This document shows, one piece after another, positions 1 to 8,608 of a stretch of 64,000 bases of DNA (position 1 is the stretch's first letter; every line of letters begins with the position of its first letter). Source of the DNA: Deltaproteobacteria bacterium. GTDB lineage: Bacteria > Desulfobacterota > Desulfomonilia > UBA1062. A program made the position numbers and the translations under genes. The notes beneath the pieces are model-generated. The model made no database searches. It saw only the letters and a list, made by a program, of their open reading frames with translations, and was not told where the DNA came from. The DNA lies in NCBI GenBank assembly GCA_018434685.1, contig JAHDOV010000012.1, positions 1,590 through 65,589 on the forward strand, read 5' to 3'.

Positions 1-3
1 TCG

Positions 4-393
4 TTGTCAGCAGTGGACACGTTCAAGGGGGTATTCTGGTATCTCCTCCTCGGTGCAGGGATAGGGGCGTTCATCTATGGCTTTTTCCCGCAGGACCTCG
101 TGGTCCGCTTGGCAGGCCCCGGCAACCCATGGTCAATCCCCATTGCGGCGATCATCGGTGTCCCCATGTACATCCGGGCTGAAACGATCATTCCCATAAG
201 CGCAGCCCTCGTGGGGAAAGGCATGGGCGTGGGAACGGTCCTTGCCCTCATCATAGGCGGGGCCGGCGCCAGTATCCCCGAGCTGCTGATCCTCGGGTCC
301 ATGTTCAGGAAGAAACTGATATTCGCTTTTGTTCTCAACGTCTTTCTGGTTGCCGTTGCGGCAGGGTTCCTGGTGGATCTCCTGGTATACTGA
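4..393 (+). CDS. Predicted permease, C-terminal part (DUF318/YraQ-like multi-TM protein); 5' end lies outside the window
   Basis: The ORF runs to the window edge. The translation is hydrophobic, multi-helix and Gly-rich, typical of this permease family. It is followed 6 nt later by a small Cys-rich ORF. Confidence 0.5.
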   Translation: MSAVDTFKGVFWYLLLGAGIGAFIYGFFPQDLVVRLAGPGNPWSIPIAAIIGVPMYIRAETIIPISAALVGKGMGVGTVLALIIGGAGASIPELLILGSMFRKKLIFAFVLNVFLVAVAAGFLVDLLVY

Positions 394-398
394 CGGAG

Positions 399-662
399 GT
401 GACCATGACCACACCATTAAGCATTGGTCAGGCACGAAATATCGTGGAAAAGCTCAGGAACTCGATGATCAGAGACGAGTGCCGCGGCTGCGAATGCCTG
501 CAGGGGGTACTCGTGCAGATCGAGATCCATGCATCTCAAGACGTCACGGACATCACAGGCCCGCTCAAGGTGCCCCTCGGGCAGATGCACTCCTGCCTCG
601 GGTGCGATCCCTGTCCCCCGGCGGAGATCTTCGGCCGCATCTGCCGCCCGGTGAAGCTGTAG
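399..662 (+). CDS. Small cysteine-rich protein (CRGCEC ... CLGCDPC), possible redox or metal-binding partner of the permease
   Basis: The 87-aa ORF sits tightly behind the permease and has two clustered Cys motifs. No family could be recognised from sequence alone. Confidence 0.4.
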   Translation: MTMTTPLSIGQARNIVEKLRNSMIRDECRGCECLQGVLVQIEIHASQDVTDITGPLKVPLGQMHSCLGCDPCPPAEIFGRICRPVKL

Positions 663-704
663 GTTCGATCTTTTTCATCGAACAGTGTAACTTTTTGCCT
701 CCAT

Positions 705-1202
705 ATGCGTTATAGTAAGACAGTGCATGACATAGAATCCATATTCGAAGCGAACAAAGACAGGCTGTTCTCGTACATCGTCCGTATGACCGGAGACGCA
801 GACGAAGCACACGATATTCTGCAGGAGAGCATTATGCGCTACATGGAGCACTACGGAGCGGAAAATAATTCCCGCGCCCTGCTGTTCACCATAGCCCGCA
901 ATGCCCTCATCGACCATACCCGCAGGCGGCGGGTGCATCTTGTCGAGCTTGACGATGACCACGAGGACCCCTGCACAGGCCAGGAACATGCCCTGCTCGT
1001 GAAGGACAGCTACCGGCAGGTGCTCTCCGGCCTTCAGGCACTGGCCGACGACGAGCGGGACATCCTGGCGATGGTGGTGAGCAGCGACCTGTCCTATCAG
1101 GAGATTGCCGGAGTCACGGGCATGAGTGTCGCCAATGTCAAGGTGAAGGTCCACAGGGCCCGTCTTCGGCTCAGGAACCTGTTAAAAGGAGAAGAACCAT
1201 GA
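705..1202 (+). CDS. RNA polymerase ECF-type sigma-70 factor
   Basis: The 165-aa ORF has region-2 and region-4 like segments (ARNALIDHTRRRR; SYQEIAGVTGMSVANVKVKVHRARLRL). Its stop overlaps the next gene (ATGA). Confidence 0.85.
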   Translation: MRYSKTVHDIESIFEANKDRLFSYIVRMTGDADEAHDILQESIMRYMEHYGAENNSRALLFTIARNALIDHTRRRRVHLVELDDDHEDPCTGQEHALLVKDSYRQVLSGLQALADDERDILAMVVSSDLSYQEIAGVTGMSVANVKVKVHRARLRLRNLLKGEEP

Positions 1203-1759
1203 ATGACATTATCATCAGCATGTTCATCGATGACGAACTCGGCCTTGATGACAAGATCGAGTTCGTCGAAAAGGTGCATGCACGTGCGGACTTCAAGGAC
1301 GAGACCGTCTCTCTGCTGAACCAGGAGAAGCTGCTGCGTACCGATCCCGTGGAGCACTTCTCTCCGGTGGCCATACCATCGCCCAGGAGATCCAGGAAGA
1401 TGCTCCTCTTCCCCGTGGGCATAGCGGCAGCGGCCCTGGCCGTGGCAGTCGTCATACTGACCTTCTCCCTCGTGCTCCAGCAGCAGATGAGCCCCACCCC
1501 CTACCGGTTCGTGATCTACCGGCCCGACGTCACCCAGGCTGAGATCACCGGAAGCTTTACCGACTGGGAGAGGCTCCCCATGAATAAGCTCGGCCAGAGC
1601 GGCTACTGGGAGATCGATCTCGATCTGCCCCGGGGCGAACACCGGTTCGTCTATATCCTGGGAGGAGATGAGCGCGTTGCAGACCCTACGGTCCCGGCCC
1701 GCGAGGCCGATGATTTCGGCGGGGTGAACTCAATACTCAACCTGGGAGACCGGATATGA
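1199..1759 (+). CDS. Anti-sigma factor candidate with a single TM helix and a periplasmic CBM48 / AMPK-beta-like glycogen-binding (E-set) domain
   Basis: It is translationally coupled to the ECF sigma gene and has a central hydrophobic helix. The C-terminal motif is GSFTDWERLPMNK...LDLPRGEHRFVYILGGDERVADP...FGGVNSIL. Confidence 0.6.
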   Translation: MNDIIISMFIDDELGLDDKIEFVEKVHARADFKDETVSLLNQEKLLRTDPVEHFSPVAIPSPRRSRKMLLFPVGIAAAALAVAVVILTFSLVLQQQMSPTPYRFVIYRPDVTQAEITGSFTDWERLPMNKLGQSGYWEIDLDLPRGEHRFVYILGGDERVADPTVPAREADDFGGVNSILNLGDRI

Positions 1760-2079
1760 AAAGACTGCTCAGTGTCCTGATACTGAGCTCTTTACTCGCC
1801 GGCTGCACGCAGCATTACTATCGCAACGACGATGGCCTCACGACGCTGTTCCTTGAGGCCCCCGATGCAACGTCCGTCTCTTTCGCCTCGTCCCTGGACG
1901 GCTACGTACTGCATCCGGCGCAGCGCCTGAGCAGGTCAACCTGGGCGGTCAGCGTTCGTTGCGATACGCAGTTCAGCTACTTTTATGTCATTGACGGCAG
2001 CGTCTACCTGCCTGACTGCCCCTACCGTGAGCACGACGATTTCGGCTCGGAAAACTGTGTCTTTATCCCCGGGATGTAA
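1756..2079 (+). CDS. Lipoprotein with a CBM48-like domain, paralogous to the anti-sigma sensor domain
   Basis: It has a lipobox signal (LLAGC) and the shared motif FYVIDGSVYLPDCPYREHDDFGSEN, and it overlaps the upstream gene's stop. Confidence 0.5.
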   Translation: MKRLLSVLILSSLLAGCTQHYYRNDDGLTTLFLEAPDATSVSFASSLDGYVLHPAQRLSRSTWAVSVRCDTQFSYFYVIDGSVYLPDCPYREHDDFGSENCVFIPGM

Positions 2080-2136
2080 CCTTCCCTTCCCTCACGCGTT
2101 ATAAAGACAAGAACACACCGTTAAAAGGAGACACAC

Positions 2137-3249
2137 ATGAAAAAGACAGCAATCATTGTTGGCATACTCCTGATGTGCGCCAGCGCCTCTTTTGCCGACG
2201 AGGTCGATCAGGACCTTCCCAACCAGACAGCAGAGCAGCTCAAGGCAAACACCCGGGAGATGATCCGTCTCGGCATCAGCACCGACGAGGCCGTCAAGAT
2301 GACAAGGGCCATGGTGGAGAACAGGTTCCAGGTGGAAAACGCCGTTCAGGCCCAGGAAGTCGTCATGAACGCCAAGAAGCAGGGACTGCCCGCAGGGCCC
2401 GTCATGAACAAGGCACACGAGGGCATTGCCAAGAACGTACAGGCTGGCTCTATTGTTGCAGCAATGGAGAAGACCAGAGAGCGCTATGCCTATGCTTATG
2501 AAAAGGCAAAGACCCTGGGCATCGACACCAGGGAGGTCGCGCCCACCGGTGATGTTATCGCAGAGAGCATGGCAGCGGGGCTGACACGAAGAGATGCGGA
2601 TGTCATCTGCGACAGGCTGCAGACCAGAGACCGCCTAAGGACCACAGACACGGATCAGACGCCGGCTCAGGACCGACAGAGAGACCGGGAGCAGATCCAC
2701 AAGGTTGCTCAGGAGAGCTTCATGACGGTTCGTGAGATGAACCGGCTCGGGGTTCCCTCTGATGTCGCCTCAGACACCGTCTGTCAGGCACTGGAAAACG
2801 GCTATCAGGCCCGGGACATGGAACAGTTGAGAAACACCTTCATGAACAGGGCACGGCAGGGAGACCCGGCACAGCTCGCGAAGACCTATGCACATGCCAT
2901 CAGGAACGGCGCCGGGGCCCAGGATCTGGACTCTCCGGGAAGATTGGGCAAGGGCTGGTCTGATGAGGCATCCGGATCCGGCATGTCCGGCGGACCGGGA
3001 CAGGGAACCGGCTCAGGTGCAGGCAGCGGTGGTCCGGGCAGTGGCGGCAGTGATTCCGGTGAGGGTGCCGGTGGTCCGGGCAGTGGCGGCAGTGATTCCG
3101 GTGAGGGTGCCGGTGGTCCGGGCAGCGGCGGCAGTGATTCCGGTGCAGGGACCGGCGGTTCGTCCGATAGCGGTCCCGGTTCTTCCGGCAGCGGCGCTGG
3201 CGGAGATCACGGCGACGGCGGCGGTTCGGGCAGTGGCGGCAAAAAATAA
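2137..3249 (+). CDS. Secreted protein with two internal ~40-aa helical repeats and a C-terminal Gly/Ser/Asp-rich low-complexity tail
   Basis: It starts with a signal peptide (MKKTAIIVGILLMCASASFA). The motifs REMIRLG...TDEA and REMNRLG...SDVA repeat, and the C-terminus is (GGPGSGGSDSGEGAG)n. Confidence 0.6.
   Translation: MKKTAIIVGILLMCASASFADEVDQDLPNQTAEQLKANTREMIRLGISTDEAVKMTRAMVENRFQVENAVQAQEVVMNAKKQGLPAGPVMNKAHEGIAKNVQAGSIVAAMEKTRERYAYAYEKAKTLGIDTREVAPTGDVIAESMAAGLTRRDADVICDRLQTRDRLRTTDTDQTPAQDRQRDREQIHKVAQESFMTVREMNRLGVPSDVASDTVCQALENGYQARDMEQLRNTFMNRARQGDPAQLAKTYAHAIRNGAGAQDLDSPGRLGKGWSDEASGSGMSGGPGQGTGSGAGSGGPGSGGSDSGEGAGGPGSGGSDSGEGAGGPGSGGSDSGAGTGGSSDSGPGSSGSGAGGDHGDGGGSGSGGKK
3028..3153 (+). 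repeat. Three tandem copies of a 42-nt unit encoding GGPGSGGSDSGEGA
   Basis: The unit ggtggtccgggcagtggcggcagtgattccggtgagggtgcc occurs three times in a row inside the CDS. Confidence 0.7.
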
Positions 3250-3285
3250 CCCCCTTACAACAAACTCCTGTCATTCAGTACCGAA

Positions 3286-3314
3286 GGAGGGGCGCAAAGC
3301 CCCTCCCTTTTTTT
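3286..3314 (+). terminator. Rho-independent terminator after the Gly/Ser-repeat protein gene
   Basis: The hairpin ggaggggc-gcaaa-gcccctcc is followed by a T7 run. Confidence 0.6.
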
Positions 3315-3360
3315 ATCTCATTGTTTTATGAAGAACCGGACGTTCTCAACGGCTGCCCAC

Positions 3361-3401
3361 AAAAAAAGATATGCACCCCCACCTTTCAAGGGGTGCATAT
3401 C
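3361..3401 (-). terminator. Rho-independent terminator for the minus-strand HesB-like gene
   Basis: A perfect 12-bp inverted repeat, gatatgcacccc/ggggtgcatatc with a 9-nt loop, is followed on the minus strand by a T7 run. Confidence 0.55.
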
Positions 3402-3459
3402 CCGTTCTTCTCTTACACCTGCACACAGCAGGCGGATGCGTTGTTACCTGAGGTTCACC

Positions 3460-3765
3460 TCAGCAGGAACACCCGCCACCGGCGCTCGGGCATGTGCTTG
3501 CCGCCAAGCCTGTTGCAGTGACCATGAATCCGCTCGGACTGGCATCGATGTTTACCGTGCCAAGCTCCTTGAGCAGCGTCTTGTCCACTACAAAACGGAA
3601 CCCTTCAACCTCGAACACATTGTCGTTATCTCCCGGCTCATCCAGAGCCAGCATCAGCTGAAAGCCCCCTCAACCCGGTCTGCCGTAAACCCGTATGGGC
3701 GTTACATCCTTTCCACCAAAGTAGTTCTTGAATTCATCAACTGCGCTCTGTGTCAACTCAACCAT
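3460..3765 (-). CDS. HesB/IscA-like Fe-S assembly protein with an in-frame TGA (candidate selenocysteine) at the conserved first cysteine
   Basis: An ATG at 3765 follows an aaggagag RBS and opens MVELTQSAVDEFKNYFGGKDVTPIRVYGRPG. The next codon is TGA (3672..3670), and the frame continues GGFQLMLALDEPGDNDNVFEVEGFRFVVDKTLLKELGTVNIDASPSGF...GGGCSC. This aligns with IscA-type ...GGGCSGF..., with TGA at the Cys position. Confidence 0.5.
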
Positions 3766-4179
3766 GTAGCTCTCCTTTTGCTGTTCCGCGCAACGTCAAC
3801 CCACAACATCGGTCATGAAAATACGTTACCGGATAATTTATGTTTAATATAGGGTGGCGCTTTTCATTAATCCAGTATACCGGCAAATAAACTTTCGCAA
3901 AACCCCTTTTATGAAATCTTCGAGCGTACTGGGCATTCCCTGAAGATACCCGTCGATGTCCGCTATGCACACCGGGAGACACGAACGCCGTCGATTATCC
4001 AGGGGCTCCCTGCACGCAGACCCTTGAGAAATCACTGGACGCAATAAATGTCATGGACACCCTATGGAATAACCGGATTCCGTCATTAATATATAAAAAA
4101 GCCAGATACTGTGATGGGCTTTTTTCATGAAGTGTCTTTTCTGGTACGAAAACACTCGGGAGAGAAAGGAGGGTTGACT

Positions 4180-4464
4180 ATGGCTACATTCTTTCTGTTT
4201 GGAAAATATTCTGTTGAGGCATTGAAAGAACTCAGTTCCGACCGCACAAAGAAGGCCGAAGCGCTCATAGAGAAATTCGGAGGCAAGGTACATTCCATGT
4301 ATGCCCTGTTCGGGGAGAAAGACCTGGTGTTCATCATCGATTTCGCAACACCCCACGATGCCCTGAAGACCTCGATTGCCCTGACCAAGATGACCGGGAT
4401 ATCGTTTTCCACCTCGCCTGCAGTGACCGTGGCCGAGTTCGACAAGCTCATGCGTGACATATAG
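4180..4464 (+). CDS. GYD domain protein
   Basis: The translation MATFFLFGKYSVEALKELSSDRTKKAEALIEKFGGKVHSMYALFGEKDLVFIIDF follows a gagaaaggaggg RBS. Confidence 0.7.
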   Translation: MATFFLFGKYSVEALKELSSDRTKKAEALIEKFGGKVHSMYALFGEKDLVFIIDFATPHDALKTSIALTKMTGISFSTSPAVTVAEFDKLMRDI

Positions 4465-4761
4465 GCTGCGCTCACGGCAAGAGTGCATAAAATCTCGTTC
4501 TCTTCCATGCCCGTATCGATGGGTGATGGAGGAGGACACGACCGCTCGTGCCGGCCGGCTTCGACGCCCAGCCGGTACGAGGTGTGCTTTACCGCTCCCC
4601 TCCGGGTATCATCCCGCTGTGCCCGATGCATGCGGCCGGCCATTTCTTCCGCCAGGGGATACCGTCTATGCCTGGGGCCGAAAAGACCATGGCAAAGGTC
4701 GATGTGACGTGCTATGAGGCCTCAGAGAGAATCCATGACCACGCAAGAAGGAGAAACCCAG

Positions 4762-5124
4762 ATGAAAACCTATGGTCTTTCCTCAGCCGGCCCAGCTGGG
4801 CGGGCCGAGTCGATACACCGGGCTTTTTTGTGCTGCATGGCGCTCCTGATCCTTTTCTCGGCAGGATGCGCCACCGTGGGCCGGGATTTCCCGGTTGACC
4901 GGGTGAAGGACATCCGCCTGAACGAGACATCACAGGACCAGATACGTGCGATGTTCGGCTCCCCCTGGCGGGTAGGCATTGAAGACGGCCAGCCCACCTG
5001 GACCTATGGAAAGTACCGCTACCAGATGTTCGCTCCGGCGAGCACCCAGGACCTGGTCATCCGGTTTGACAAACGCGGCATCGTGGCGTCCTATACCTTC
5101 AATACGACCGAACACAGGGAGTGA
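4762..5124 (+). CDS. BamE/SmpA/OmlA-like outer-membrane lipoprotein
   Basis: A lipobox (LILFSAGC) is followed by SmpA_OmlA-like sequence (DRVKDIRLNETSQDQIRAMFGSPW...). The start codon is uncertain. Confidence 0.55.
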   Translation: MKTYGLSSAGPAGRAESIHRAFLCCMALLILFSAGCATVGRDFPVDRVKDIRLNETSQDQIRAMFGSPWRVGIEDGQPTWTYGKYRYQMFAPASTQDLVIRFDKRGIVASYTFNTTEHRE

Positions 5125-5179
5125 GCTCAATGCCCGGCAGGGGGCAGCGTCATACGCCTGCTTCCCGCTCCTGATCCCC

Positions 5180-5917
5180 ATGGTGAGAAAATCGCTCGGT
5201 TATACGGCGCTTGCCGTCATCCTCTGGTTCATCGCCGATATTGCGGTCTGCTTCGTATATCCCGATGTCTCGGTGCTGAAAAAGGAAAATCCCCGCAATA
5301 CCGCGTTCATGGAATACCGGCAGCAGCAGTGGAAGGACAGGGGGATAAAAAAGAAGATCGTACAGAAATGGGTGCCCCTTAAGAGGATATCCCCGTATCT
5401 CATCCATGCGGTCGTTATCGCCGAGGATGACAAATTCTGGAGCCACGAGGGGTTCGATCTCGACGCCATGCACGTGGCCTTCCACAAGGACCTCAAGAAA
5501 AAGACATTCAAGGCAGGCGGCTCCACCATAACCCAGCAGCTGGCAAAAAACCTCTATCTCTCCCCGGCGAAGAACCCGCTGCGCAAGATCAGGGAGGCCA
5601 TACTCACCTGGCGGCTGGAGCGCACCCTGACGAAGAAGAGAATACTGGAGCTCTATCTCAATGTGGCGCAGTGGGGAGACGGGATATTCGGCATAGAGGC
5701 CGCCGCCGAGCATTTCTTCGGAAAGACGGCCTCGACACTGAATCCCCATGAGGCTGCGAGACTTGCCACGGTCCTTCCCTCGCCGGTAAGATACAACCCC
5801 CTGGGTGAAACACGATTTATCCGCGGCCGTTCAGGAGAGTTATACCGGATCATGGTGCGCCGGGGAATCGTGGTACCGGAGTACAGAGACGATAGCCCGG
5901 CACTCACCGACCCATAG
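5180..5917 (+). CDS. mtgA: Monofunctional biosynthetic peptidoglycan transglycosylase
   Basis: It has an N-terminal TM helix and GT51 motifs (IAEDDKFWSHEGFD; GGSTITQQLAKNLYL; RKIREA). Confidence 0.85.
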   Translation: MVRKSLGYTALAVILWFIADIAVCFVYPDVSVLKKENPRNTAFMEYRQQQWKDRGIKKKIVQKWVPLKRISPYLIHAVVIAEDDKFWSHEGFDLDAMHVAFHKDLKKKTFKAGGSTITQQLAKNLYLSPAKNPLRKIREAILTWRLERTLTKKRILELYLNVAQWGDGIFGIEAAAEHFFGKTASTLNPHEAARLATVLPSPVRYNPLGETRFIRGRSGELYRIMVRRGIVVPEYRDDSPALTDP

Positions 5918-6326
5918 CTCTTTGACAACTGAGCGGGTTCGGATTACTATACCTGTATATGGTTTTTTGAGATTCTCCTGCATCGATTGAAATGGTTGTA
6001 GTGGTACCCCGCCATCGCGAGGCACAGCTGCTGCACTGTGCCGGGGGGATGAAGGGACAGATCTGACGGTTATGAACGACGCTTACCACAAGACAGTACT
6101 CTCGCAGGGATGGGCGCAACAGGACATTACGCAGCACCCACCCGGGACGGAGTGCGGCGCCTGGAACAGGTTGTTCGAACCCTTTTTCTCAGCAAGGAAG
6201 GAATTGAGGCGCAACACCGCTTCTTTATAGGCGCGAGAGTCAGGGGATCTTTCATGGAAGACAACCCGCTTTTGATACCACCTGCCGGTCATGGCCGAAT
6301 GCCGGGCACGGGCGCAGGAGGTTCTC

Positions 6327-6452
6327 ATGAACCACAAGCCGGTGATCCGCATCGCCGGGGCCGTCATTGTGGGTATCTGGGTTGCCGCAGCCGCAGCGCT
6401 CGCTGTGTGGGCATACGGCACATTCCTGCTGGCAACTGCCCAGCCCTGTTAA
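6327..6452 (+). CDS. Small (41-aa) single-TM membrane protein, absent from the ORF track
   Basis: An ATG sits 5 nt after an aggagg RBS and encodes MNHKPVIRIAGAVIVGIWVAAAAALAVWAYGTFLLATAQPC. It lies just upstream of blc. Confidence 0.35.
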   Translation: MNHKPVIRIAGAVIVGIWVAAAAALAVWAYGTFLLATAQPC

Positions 6453-6478
6453 AAGGTGTCGATGAAAAAGGAACTGTT

Positions 6479-6991
6479 ATGATGAAAAACCTGATCATTC
6501 TTGTCCCGCTGTTCCTGTCGGGGTGCATTAACATCCCGGAAGGGGTATCGCCGGTCAGGGATTTCGATCTCACGAAGTACCTGGGTACCTGGTACGAGAT
6601 AGCCAGGCCGGATCACTCCTTCGAACGCGGGCTCGAACAGGTGACCGCGCAGTACAGCCTCAGGGACGATGGCGGCATCACCGTGGTGAACAGGGGGTTT
6701 GATCCCGGGAAAAACACCTGGAAGGAGGCTGTCGGCAAGGCACACTTCGTAGACGATGCAACCACCGGAAGCCTGAAGGTATCTTTTTTCGGCCCCTTTT
6801 ACGGCAGCTACACCATCATAGCCCTTGACAGGATGGATTATTCCTATGCACTGGTATGCGGACCCAGCAAGGGATACCTGTGGATTCTGGCCAGGGAGCC
6901 GTTCCTGGAAGATTCCGTGAAATCAGGGCTGATTCAACAGGCAAAGGATTCAGGGTTTGAGACCGAAAAACTGATCCAGGTCAGCCACTGA
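6479..6991 (+). CDS. blc: Bacterial lipocalin Blc (outer-membrane lipoprotein)
   Basis: It has a lipobox (LFLSGC) and lipocalin motifs (DLTKYLGTWYEIAR; YTIIALDRMDYSYALVCGPSKGYLWILAR). Confidence 0.8.
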   Translation: MMKNLIILVPLFLSGCINIPEGVSPVRDFDLTKYLGTWYEIARPDHSFERGLEQVTAQYSLRDDGGITVVNRGFDPGKNTWKEAVGKAHFVDDATTGSLKVSFFGPFYGSYTIIALDRMDYSYALVCGPSKGYLWILAREPFLEDSVKSGLIQQAKDSGFETEKLIQVSH

Positions 6992-7038
6992 CCGGCGGGG
7001 CAAGAGGAGACCCTGTGTGTCCATCTCTCGAGGATTTG

Positions 7039-8133
7039 ATGCCTTCCCTGAAGGTGTGGCTTGTGCTTGCGGCCTGTTCAGGGCTCCTGCTCGTTGCGTC
7101 ATGCATGTCAGAGCAGGAGATCTATGAGGCAGCGGCGCATGAAAAGGAACTGCCGGAGTGGCGCATCCTTGCACGCGCCCGAGAGCAGCATGGCCCGTAC
7201 ATCAAGTGGAAAGAAGCCCTGATAAGGGAACTCGTCAATGGCAGCTCCATCATGTATACACGGTTCGGCCCGGTGGAATATACCGTCACCGGAGACAGCG
7301 GTCCGTATCTCATCGTCATGCATGGAGGCCCCGGGGGATACGATCAGACAGCAGCCCTGTTCAGCGGGCTGTTCGGCAACGGTCTTCGTGTTGTCAGCTG
7401 GTCGCGGCCGGGCTATCTGCGCACCCCCCTGCAGGATGGCAGGACCTTCCAGGAGCAGGCCGATGTTGCGGCAGCACTCATGGACAACCTGGGCATTGCC
7501 CGTGCAGCCGTGCTCGGCTATTCGGCCGGCGGCCCGCCGGCAGTGTATCTTGCAGCCGGATACCCCAAGCGCGTCTGGGCCCTCATCCTCGAGTGTGCGG
7601 TAACGCAGAAGTGGGTGATCAGCTCCGACAACCTGCTGGAAAAGATCTATTTCGGGCACCTCATGTATGAAGACCCCTTTCTCTGGGCCTCGGATGTCAC
7701 CTCACAGATCGCCCCGAGGCTTATCGGCATGTCGGCTATCGAGATGGAGAGCTCTCTCGACAGGGACGCGCAGAAAAGATTGATGGATGCCATCATGCAC
7801 GATGAACACAAAGTCGCCGTGCTCAAGAACCTGATAAAAAGCATGAGCCCCGGGGAACTCCGCAGGGACGGCATGGAAAACGACGTGGTGCAGCTCGGCA
7901 GCGTTCGGGGACTCCCCCTGAGGAACGTCGCCGCCCCCACCCTGATCATCCATGGGACCGACGACGCCGATGTCCCGGTGGCGGATGCTCACCTGGCAGC
8001 CAGGCTGATACCCGCCTCCGAGTTGTATCTCGTGCGCGGCGGTTTCCATGTCATGGCACTGACTGACAGCAGCGACGAGGTCACCTTCAGGCGCCTTGCC
8101 TTCCTCAAGGAGCATGCACCCGGTGCCGATTGA
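7039..8133 (+). CDS. Alpha/beta hydrolase (S33 / proline-iminopeptidase-like, HGGPG motif)
   Basis: Motifs present are LIVMHGGPGG, the GYSAGG nucleophile elbow and HGTDDADVP. The N-terminus is lipoprotein-like. Confidence 0.7.
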   Translation: MPSLKVWLVLAACSGLLLVASCMSEQEIYEAAAHEKELPEWRILARAREQHGPYIKWKEALIRELVNGSSIMYTRFGPVEYTVTGDSGPYLIVMHGGPGGYDQTAALFSGLFGNGLRVVSWSRPGYLRTPLQDGRTFQEQADVAAALMDNLGIARAAVLGYSAGGPPAVYLAAGYPKRVWALILECAVTQKWVISSDNLLEKIYFGHLMYEDPFLWASDVTSQIAPRLIGMSAIEMESSLDRDAQKRLMDAIMHDEHKVAVLKNLIKSMSPGELRRDGMENDVVQLGSVRGLPLRNVAAPTLIIHGTDDADVPVADAHLAARLIPASELYLVRGGFHVMALTDSSDEVTFRRLAFLKEHAPGAD

Positions 8134-8254
8134 CAGGGAAAACCCTGTCCCGGGAGACACGACGGCATATGAACAAGGGCAACGACCGGAGCACGGTTAC
8201 GGTAGGTGATGAACCGGCACCATGCCCCGATGACAACCATACAGGGAGCTTACC

Positions 8255-8494
8255 ATGACGAACAACGATATTCTGAAGAAACTCAGAATCGCGCTGGAAC
8301 TGAAAGACTCTGACATGATCGAGATCTTCGAGCTTGCAGATTTTCAGATCTCGAAACCGGAATTATCCGCCCTCTTCAGGAAAGAAGGGCACAAGAACTA
8401 TATGGAATGCGGCGACCAGATTCTCAGGAGGTTTTTAGACGGCCTGATTATCCGCAACCGGGGCAGGAGAGATACCGGGGATCCCGACCGGTAA
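8255..8494 (+). CDS. DUF1456 (YehS-like) family protein
   Basis: The translation begins MTNNDILKKLRIALELKDSDMIEIF... Confidence 0.65.
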   Translation: MTNNDILKKLRIALELKDSDMIEIFELADFQISKPELSALFRKEGHKNYMECGDQILRRFLDGLIIRNRGRRDTGDPDR

Positions 8495-8608
8495 GAATAC
8501 ACACTTCACGCGGGACTTTTTCACCCTCTCAGAAGGGATGGCCGTATCCTGCCCCCGATCGGTCTTTTATCTGAAATCATAAACCTGGGGACGAGGCAGC
8601 GCACTTGA

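Noticed and set aside
2888-3331. Plus- and minus-strand ORFs over the Gly/Ser tandem-repeat region
   Set aside because: They are repetitive off-frame readings of the 42-nt tandem repeat within the 2137..3249 CDS.
3328-3852. A 174-aa plus-strand ORF overlapping the HesB-like locus
   Set aside because: It is antisense to a gene with clear family homology and has no RBS. It is a GC-rich frame artefact.
4454-4717. Short GC-rich ORFs between the GYD gene and the BamE-like gene (87 and 74 aa on the plus strand; 172 aa on the minus strand)
   Set aside because: They are mutually overlapping, have no RBS and no family features. They are likely non-coding.
5150-5749. A 199-aa minus-strand ORF
   Set aside because: It lies entirely inside and antisense to mtgA, which has unambiguous GT51 motifs.
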